Assembly (NCBI RefSeq): GCF_041537385.1
Contig: NZ_JBGORS010000001.1
Span: forward strand, 289,835 to 313,834
Length of the DNA stretch: 24,000 bases
Source of the DNA: Collinsella aerofaciens
GTDB taxonomy: Bacteria > Actinomycetota > Coriobacteriia > Coriobacteriales > Coriobacteriaceae
Direction: 5' to 3'
The translations under genes were made by a program, and so were the position numbers. Under the pieces are notes generated by a model. It was not told the origin of the DNA. It saw only the letters and a program-made list of their open reading frames with translations, and ran no database searches. Below, in pieces: positions 17,832 through 24,000 of the stretch. How positions within the stretch are numbered: position 1 is the stretch's first letter; every line of letters begins with the position of its first letter.

Positions 17832-18399
17832 CTACCACTCGCGAGGTTTATACTCGCCTTCCTCGGCAACGATATAAGGTGAAGGCTGCTTATGTTCAAT
17901 AATTCGCGGTTTATCGAGAACAACCGTCGAGTTATCGGGTACGTCTTGGAATACAACGCAGTTTGCTCCGATCTTGACGTTATTACCAACGCGAATTCCT
18001 CCGAAAATCTTGGCGCCGGGACCGATGAAGACATTATCACCAATAACGGGAGCTTTCCCTCTGCTGCGTCCTATAGTTACTTGGTGAAAGATGGTCACAT
18101 TTCGCCCTATGGTTGCCCCCCCCCGCAATGACTATACCGTTGATGCCGTGCGCAGTGATATTGGGTGGCGCCAAAAAATTCTCGCACACGCATGAAGCAT
18201 CGTCGCTCCATCCAGGCATGATATCCGCACAGCTCCTGCGCATCTCGTGGTGAACATACAACGAATAATAAGTTTTGCGGATACCCCGGGCACTTCCAGT
18301 AAGAAGGGCGTGTCGCCTTCTCCAAAACTTATCGTCATCGTACCTTCCGAAAACCATATTTCTGAAGCCATGCCAAATCGCCTTTGCGCCCATCAGCAT
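17832..18399 (-). pseudogene. Serine-acetyltransferase-like (left-handed beta-helix) acetyltransferase split by a frameshift at a G9 tract
   Basis: N-part ...YYSLYVHHEMRRSCADI...[11 protein letters not shown] in frame of ORF 18037..18399. C-part [57 protein letters not shown] in ORF 17832..18128. Confidence 0.75.
18116..18124 (-). repeat. G9 homopolymer (C9 on +) at the acetyltransferase frame junction
   Basis: Both overlapping frame translations (IAGGGNH and RGGATIG) imply nine G residues on the minus strand. Confidence 0.8.
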
Positions 18400-19472
18400 C
18401 CCCCGGGATTATTGAGCGAGCGGAGAACACAAAGCGTTCTTGATATGCCTTCGGAGATGCCCATATGCGCAGACCAACCAAGTTCGTCACGTGCCTTGTT
18501 TCCATCCATCAGCGCAAGCGTGGCCTTAGAGTACCCTGCCGCCTCCTGAGCGTCGGGAAATTCGAATACAACTTTAACACCACTGGCTTTAGCTACAAGT
18601 CCCGCAAGATCCTTCAACATTACATCGGATTCCCTATCTGCGAGGTTGTAGGCTTCCCCGTCGATACCAAGGAGCAGTATATGAAGCAGACCAGACACGG
18701 CGTCTGCGACGTGCAGGTAAGAGAACTTCTGCGTCCCCTCGCTCTTGAGTACAACGTCCTCGCCGGCAAGCGAGCGATGTAGGAACTGGGAGAGCGCCTT
18801 GGAATCATCGGGCAGTAGTGTGGGCCCGTAGACGCGCGCGATGCGCGCGATAACGGCCTCGACCCCCTTCTGCGAACGGTAAGCTTGACACATAGCCTCG
18901 CCTAGTCGTTTTGATTCGTTATAGCAGGCGCGAAGAGTGTTGCAGTCGATGTTCCCGCAGTACTTTTCATCATAACGTTCCACGTCACCGCGGTTCTGGC
19001 CATAAATCTCGACCGATGAGGCAAAGAGTAGCCTAGCACCGCATTCGGCTGAATAGCTGAGGAGATTCTGTAAGCCGTCCACGTTGGCTCGGATGGTGCC
19101 GATGGGATCGGTAGCGTACTGGCGCGGGTGAGTGGAGCTCGCTAGGTGCAAAACGTAGTCCGCGGGGGCGGCAGGGCTGTAACCTATCGCAGCAACGGAG
19201 CCCTCCTCAAACGAGAAGTGGTCTCGACCGAAGTACGGCAGTCTCGAGCGCGCTTTCTCGATGTTGCGCCCCAAAGCGATGACGCTACACCGCGCCCCAT
19301 CAATGTCGTTCTTGCGCATCAGAACGTCGACGAGGAAGGTCCCGATCAAACCGGTCGCACCGGAGATGACGACCGTTTTATTCGCGAGCTTCTCCCATGG
19401 CAGGGGAAGCGAGCAAACTTTGTCAACGTCGGCGATATACTCTGGGCATTTGAGCCTATTCATCGCGGGCAT
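18393..19472 (-). CDS. NAD-dependent epimerase/dehydratase (SDR)
   Basis: KTVVISGATGLIGTFLVDVLM (Rossmann), LHLASSTHPRQYATDP, YNESKRLGEAM (YxxxK). Confidence 0.9.
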   Translation of the reverse strand: MPAMNRLKCPEYIADVDKVCSLPLPWEKLANKTVVISGATGLIGTFLVDVLMRKNDIDGARCSVIALGRNIEKARSRLPYFGRDHFSFEEGSVAAIGYSPAAPADYVLHLASSTHPRQYATDPIGTIRANVDGLQNLLSYSAECGARLLFASSVEIYGQNRGDVERYDEKYCGNIDCNTLRACYNESKRLGEAMCQAYRSQKGVEAVIARIARVYGPTLLPDDSKALSQFLHRSLAGEDVVLKSEGTQKFSYLHVADAVSGLLHILLLGIDGEAYNLADRESDVMLKDLAGLVAKASGVKVVFEFPDAQEAAGYSKATLALMDGNKARDELGWSAHMGISEGISRTLCVLRSLNNPGGC

Positions 19473-20175
19473 CCCTCTCCGTCGCCCATGCGCGGAAGAA
19501 CTCGAGGTTTTCCGGCGTGGTGAGCTTGATGTTGCGGTCCGACCCGACGGCGAAGTTGAGCCTCACGCCCAGCTGGACCATCATTGTGTTCGTGTAGTTG
19601 GAGCCGTCGATTCCGACACCTTTCTCAAAAGCCTCGTGATATTTGGAGTCGAGGAGCCCAAAACGGTAGGCCTGCGGTGTAGACACACGACGAAGCGTCT
19701 CGCGGGGGATGTACTGCGTAGTGGTGGCGGAATCCTTCTTGTCCACAAGGAAAATCTGCTCGTTGTAAGGCATGCTTGTGACAGCGTTGCCGCGCTCCTT
19801 AGCCACGCGGACGACGTCGGTGATAACCTCTGGGTCGAGCATGGGGCGCACGCCGTCGTGAACGATGCAAATGTCATCTTCGGCAAGCACACCCTCAAAG
19901 TTGTACACGCCGTTGCGGATAGACTCCTGACCAGAGGCACCGCCTTTGACTACCCACTTCAGCTTGTCAATTTTGTACTGCCTTGCATAGGCGCGTAAGA
20001 CCTGCTCCCAGCCGGCTAGGCATACGACCTCAATGGCATCCACAAGCGGGTGCTCCTGAAAAGCCTCGAGAGTGTAGACGATGACGGGCTTCTCGCCAAC
20101 ATTGATGAACTGTTTGGGGATCTCTTGCCCCATACGCGAGCCTACACCGCCCGCGATGATGATTGCCACGTTCAT
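19456..20175 (-). CDS. IspD/TarI-like cytidylyltransferase
   Basis: MNVAIIIAGGVGSRMGQEIPKQFINVGEKPVIVYTLEAFQ, IVHDGVRPMLDPEVI, GIDGSNYTNTMMVQLG, NIKLTTPENLEF. Confidence 0.9.
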   Translation of the reverse strand: MNVAIIIAGGVGSRMGQEIPKQFINVGEKPVIVYTLEAFQEHPLVDAIEVVCLAGWEQVLRAYARQYKIDKLKWVVKGGASGQESIRNGVYNFEGVLAEDDICIVHDGVRPMLDPEVITDVVRVAKERGNAVTSMPYNEQIFLVDKKDSATTTQYIPRETLRRVSTPQAYRFGLLDSKYHEAFEKGVGIDGSNYTNTMMVQLGVRLNFAVGSDRNIKLTTPENLEFFRAWATERDARDE

Positions 20176-20178
20176 GAA

Positions 20179-21009
20179 TTATTTTCCTTCCCCGGAATTT
20201 ACCTTCCATACCTTCATCCCATGAGTGACCCGCTGGTCCTCAGGCGGAAGCCGCATATAGTCGCCGTAGAGCCCCCTTAGGTACGCGTCCCAGTGCGGAC
20301 ACGCCTTGAAAGTACGACCCTCGAACTCCATATCGATCAAGTTGTCGAAGTCCTCGGTGGGAAAACCTGGCTTATCAGGCTTGTAGGGCCCCCAAACAAC
20401 ATCCCCCGCTTCATGCGTATCTCCGAACTGAAGACCACGAGCCCTCTCCCCTAGCTCGGAAAACTGCTTTTCCGCAGGAAACAACGCCCTATGAATCGGA
20501 AATAGGACATGTTTTGCGACCTTTTTCAAGGGATTTGAAGTAGATGTTTTGATGTTTACGTATGACCGCAATGCCCTAAAGAATGTCTTTTCCTGAGCCG
20601 CCATTAGGGTCGCTTTCTCAGTATTTTCGTCAGGCATGGCATCAGCGGGAAAAATGTCGATCCAGAGAAACTCTTCGATCACCTCTTCTAAGTGCGGTTC
20701 CTGCGCCCTCCATGAAGGGTTGGTCAGTTTCATGAAGGGATAGATGTACCCCTTGCGTCCAGGAATATTGGCAGTCAACCCAGCAGGCACCCACTCGGGA
20801 TGTGATGCAAGTTCATCGAAATCAGGCCTGGGCATAATGACGTCGATATCGTCATCCCAAGGAATGAATCCTCTGTGTCTCACGGCACCTAGAAGCGTGC
20901 CGCCATCAAGTGAATAACGAAGCCCATGCTCGTTTGTCATCCTGTCAAAATCGACGAGCATAGCAAGCAAGAGTTTTTGGATTTCCATTGTGGGAAGGTA
21001 CTGCATCAT
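20179..21009 (-). CDS. LicD family phosphotransferase
   Basis: LRYSLDGGTLLGAVRHRGFIPWDDDIDVIMPRPDFDEL. Confidence 0.92.
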   Translation of the reverse strand: MMQYLPTMEIQKLLLAMLVDFDRMTNEHGLRYSLDGGTLLGAVRHRGFIPWDDDIDVIMPRPDFDELASHPEWVPAGLTANIPGRKGYIYPFMKLTNPSWRAQEPHLEEVIEEFLWIDIFPADAMPDENTEKATLMAAQEKTFFRALRSYVNIKTSTSNPLKKVAKHVLFPIHRALFPAEKQFSELGERARGLQFGDTHEAGDVVWGPYKPDKPGFPTEDFDNLIDMEFEGRTFKACPHWDAYLRGLYGDYMRLPPEDQRVTHGMKVWKVNSGEGK

Positions 21010-22274
21010 TACTCCTTAGGATTCTTATGAAAGTCTGTCTTCGACCGCGCCGCGCGCCAGAGCATGAAAACTCTTACTAGCAACAACAAGGCATCGCAAC
21101 CCCAGCGAGCAACACAGATAACATCAAGGGTTATCAACCCGGCAAGGTAAAGTGCCAGAAGCGAGACCACATTAACGATCCCAGTGAATAACGTCGAGAC
21201 GGTCAGCTCCTTTACATGCCCCATGGCGCCCAGAACCGGCCAGCCAATCAGAATTCCGTAAACTGAGAAGATAAAGATCGGCGAGATCATCCACATAACA
21301 TGGGCACCGCCAACGTACTCGGGTCCTCCGAGGACGAGCATGATAGGCTTAGAGAGAGCGCAATACGCAACGATACCTAGGACGAGAACAGGCAACGCAA
21401 CCAGCGCCAACTTTCGTGCGAACCCGAAGTCTCTGTTCTTGATCATATGGGGGTAAAGGCTGTTAGCAATAGGCGTGTAGAGCGACTGCACGGCATTCAC
21501 AGTCGTGAGCGTAAGCGACCAAAAGGCGATGTCCGTCTTGCTTGTGATCGCTAACCCGATAATCACCGTTGTGAATCCAGAGAAAAGAGAGGAGCTGACG
21601 TTCGAAACGCAATAGATGGCGGAGACGCGTAGTTCCTCGAAGCTCTCCTTAAAGGTGGGCCTTGCTATACCGACGCCGAACATGCGCTTCTGGGCGCGAT
21701 AGCTCCATGCGATGTCGACGATCTCCGACAGTACGTCAGCTACGGCAACGAGGATAAGGTCCCCCGGCCCGCGTACGAGAAGGATCGTAAGCGCGACCTG
21801 CACTCCCTTGGATGCGAAATATCGGGTCGTCAAAGGCCCCATACGCTCATTTCCCTGAAAGATGAAGTCGGGCAGCACTGTGCGACCTGCCGTTGCAAAG
21901 AACGCCCAGATGACGTAGACCGTATTCTCGGCCATAATAGGAATAAAGCGTGTTACTACCATGACACAGAAGAAAAGGCCGCAGAGCAACATGAGGCGTG
22001 CGACCGTTATCGCCCCCACGAGGCGGGAGAGAGCTGTAGTGTCCCCCCTGAGATCAACTACCTTCTTGGTACCAGAGAGTGTAAAGCCGAAATCGGCGAT
22101 GGTTTGGACCACGCCCATGAAGGAGAGAACATAGGCGTAAACGGCATAGCCCTCAGTCCCGAGGATGCGAGTAAGATAGGGAATAAGCAGCAGCGGAAAG
22201 AGATACTTGAGTATCTGAAGGCCATACTGCCAAAGCGTGTTCTTGTAGAATGTATTGTGCTTCACCGACAGCAT
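21009..22274 (-). CDS. Polysaccharide flippase (Wzx-type, MATE/MOP superfamily)
   Basis: NTLWQYGLQILKYLFPLLLIPYLTRILGTEGYAVYAYVLSF and many TM helices. Confidence 0.9.
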   Translation of the reverse strand: MLSVKHNTFYKNTLWQYGLQILKYLFPLLLIPYLTRILGTEGYAVYAYVLSFMGVVQTIADFGFTLSGTKKVVDLRGDTTALSRLVGAITVARLMLLCGLFFCVMVVTRFIPIMAENTVYVIWAFFATAGRTVLPDFIFQGNERMGPLTTRYFASKGVQVALTILLVRGPGDLILVAVADVLSEIVDIAWSYRAQKRMFGVGIARPTFKESFEELRVSAIYCVSNVSSSLFSGFTTVIIGLAITSKTDIAFWSLTLTTVNAVQSLYTPIANSLYPHMIKNRDFGFARKLALVALPVLVLGIVAYCALSKPIMLVLGGPEYVGGAHVMWMISPIFIFSVYGILIGWPVLGAMGHVKELTVSTLFTGIVNVVSLLALYLAGLITLDVICVARWGCDALLLLVRVFMLWRAARSKTDFHKNPKE

Positions 22275-22366
22275 CCTCCTTTAAAGACGAAGGAGACGTT
22301 AGCCAATCTATTAAAATAGAATCGACGGATAGAAAACCGCAATTTCGCAACTCCAATGGACTTGAA

Positions 22367-22376
22367 GGGGGGGGGG
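22367..22376. repeat. G10 homopolymer in the 22275-22434 intergenic region upstream of the flippase gene
   Basis: CTTGAAGGGGGGGGGGATGA on +; frame translation SSPPPS implies ten G/C. Confidence 0.8.
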
Positions 22377-22434
22377 ATGAAATACCTAAATGCAATTGCC
22401 CCGCAGAAAGAAGGCAATAAAGATGCAAGGCGCA

Positions 22435-23430
22435 CTATATAGAACTCCGCCGAATAGCCTTGAAAACGCCAAGCGCCTTGCGGGAAGTTGAAGAAACAAT
22501 GACGTTATTCGACAAAACCATGCTATGAACTAAATCAGGGAAGCCGCTAACGCGCTTACGATACTCAAGTTTGATCATTTTATCGAATGTATTTTTTGCC
22601 TCATCATCCAGATCACAACGCCACAGGATCTCATCGAGATCGCAATAATGCTGACAAATGCCGCGCCTTGCATTTAGATGCGCGCTTTTCGACCATCTTG
22701 CCGCGTACTGAAGCATTTCATCGCACACTCGGCCCCAATCGGCCACCTGCTTTTCTTGGAATACTTTCGTACTGTTAGAGTCATGCTGTCGGTAATAATA
22801 GAGGGGCTCATCAATATGAAAGAGGCTACGCGCCTTATCGAAGACGGGAAGCAACTGACAAAGGTCCTCTCCGTGCATAAGGCCAGTCCGGTTTGTATAC
22901 CAATCATATCCAGGGAACAAATCGGTGCGAATAACCTTATTCCAAACGCTGTTGAAATCGCAGCCGCATAACATACTTCTAATGGCATCAAAATCTCCGC
23001 CAACATGTATCCCAGGAGAAATGCAGGCCTTCAACGATGGCCGAACAGGATCTAGTTTCATGGTGAAATCGAAAGAAATGATATCCGCATTTGACGATGT
23101 GATGGCAGAGCAGACTTTCTTGAGACATCCCGCCAGAAGACAATCGTCAGAATCAAGAGCGAGGACATAGCGCCCCTTCGCCCTACGAAGGCCGTCCCGC
23201 CGCGCGGCTAATAAGCCTTCGTTATCCTTGTGGATTGCGAAGGCCTTTTTGTTCCCTTTGCAATATTCGTCACATATCTTAGGTGACCCATCAGTTGAGC
23301 CATCGTCAACAAGGATAACCTCATACGCTCCTCGCCCTTGGGCATCAATAGACTCCAAGCAGGCTGGTAGGAAGCTTTCGGTATTGTAGACAGGCACGAT
23401 AATGGAAATATCGGGCTTCACATCAAGCAT
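22435..23430 (-). CDS. Family 2 glycosyltransferase
   Basis: DISIIVPVYNTESFLPACLESIDAQGRGAYEVILVDDGSTDGSPKICDEYC...RRDGLRRAKGRYVLALDSDD. Confidence 0.92.
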   Translation of the reverse strand: MLDVKPDISIIVPVYNTESFLPACLESIDAQGRGAYEVILVDDGSTDGSPKICDEYCKGNKKAFAIHKDNEGLLAARRDGLRRAKGRYVLALDSDDCLLAGCLKKVCSAITSSNADIISFDFTMKLDPVRPSLKACISPGIHVGGDFDAIRSMLCGCDFNSVWNKVIRTDLFPGYDWYTNRTGLMHGEDLCQLLPVFDKARSLFHIDEPLYYYRQHDSNSTKVFQEKQVADWGRVCDEMLQYAARWSKSAHLNARRGICQHYCDLDEILWRCDLDDEAKNTFDKMIKLEYRKRVSGFPDLVHSMVLSNNVIVSSTSRKALGVFKAIRRSSI

Positions 23431-23992
23431 AAAAGACTCCTAAAAGCGCTGAGGAATACGGGAAAAGATTGCAGCTGCCGCCAAATACGAATGTGATAGC
23501 GAAATAGAGCACGCAAAAAGTAATTGCAAGTACCCCGGATAGCAAACGCTCGTTACCAAGGTTCTCCGATAAAAATGGATAGAGGAATCCCGAGATAAAA
23601 AGAAATGGGAAACTGAGTCTAATCAACTCGGGACTTATGCTTGCAAACTGAGCGAACACAGCCGAGGATACGCCGCAGCAGATGTAAAAATTAAGCATCT
23701 CCCGATTAGCAGGTCCCATTGAACTTTTATGGCCCAAAAACAACATAATCATACAAAAAAGCAGGTAAATTAACATCGTGTTGTTCAGTGAACCCATTCC
23801 AGCATGTTTCACTTGAAACGAATATGACGACGTAAAGGACGAGACCAGATCCATTAAATCTGGCCCAATCAAAACTGCACTGACAGCACAGACGGCAATG
23901 CCGAAGCAAAACAACATAGCAAGAGTTTTGGATGAGCGAACACCCCTGCTCTCGCAACAAGCAATGTAGATAACCCAAACAAAAATGCCCAC
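23423..23992 (-). CDS. Polytopic membrane protein, probable EpsG/Wzy-like polymerase; 5' part may lie outside the window
   Basis: Successive hydrophobic helices; overlaps the GT2 gene by 8 bp; reaches near the window edge. Confidence 0.6.
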   Translation of the reverse strand: MGIFVWVIYIACCESRGVRSSKTLAMLFCFGIAVCAVSAVLIGPDLMDLVSSFTSSYSFQVKHAGMGSLNNTMLIYLLFCMIMLFLGHKSSMGPANREMLNFYICCGVSSAVFAQFASISPELIRLSFPFLFISGFLYPFLSENLGNERLLSGVLAITFCVLYFAITFVFGGSCNLFPYSSALLGVFYA

Positions 23993-24000
23993 AATTGACA

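Noticed and set aside
18037-18399. Treating the 120-aa ORF as an independent intact gene
   Set aside because: Its C-terminal [20 protein letters not shown] is out-of-frame noise, and the true continuation lies in the next frame after the G9 tract.
19261-19998. 245-aa plus-strand ORF over the epimerase and cytidylyltransferase genes
   Set aside because: Antisense shadow of two clear genes.
22153-22428. 91-aa minus-strand ORF crossing the G10 tract
   Set aside because: Overlaps the flippase start in another frame and its composition is not protein-like; the tract is better treated as intergenic.
1-24000. CRISPR arrays, tRNAs and rRNAs
   Set aside because: No regularly spaced direct repeats or recognisable structural RNA gene seen by eye; short tRNAs cannot be fully excluded without tRNAscan-SE.

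Overview
This window looks like a dense, almost entirely minus-strand defence island (about 40-14170) beside a surface-polysaccharide locus (about 16900-24000). Style suggests a Gram-positive actinobacterium, possibly Coriobacteriia-like (inference only).

Defence side, in minus-strand transcription order:
- a 183-aa single-TM protein (14172-13621)
- GajA/OLD-like ATPase-TOPRIM nuclease (~13574-11853)
- GajB/UvrD-like helicase (11860-10262)
- KAP-type P-loop NTPase (10175-7929)
- 1174-aa SIR2-domain protein (7881-4357)
- MntA-like nucleotidyltransferase (4242-3943)
- HepT-like HEPN (~3956-3588)

After an LPKAG sorted surface protein (3408-2263) comes a retron-type reverse transcriptase fused to a trypsin-like serine peptidase (1667-42). 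The RT has NAxxH, YADD and VTG motifs; the peptidase has an H/D/GMSGGP triad. Immediately upstream of its likely start is a perfect 11-bp inverted repeat (1687-1697 / 1784-1794) flanking a TTAGC motif, a plausible uncharacterised msr-msd. Just upstream of that is a small ORF with a C...GHEGAHC motif.

The polysaccharide side carries a C9/G9 tract that splits an acetyltransferase exactly where a one-base change restores it, a G10 tract upstream of the flippase gene, and a GT14-like pseudogene with several lesions. A transglutaminase + ricin-lectin gene is also frame-disrupted, including at a T7 tract in its signal peptide. All family names are from motif recognition by eye; no searches or folding were run.
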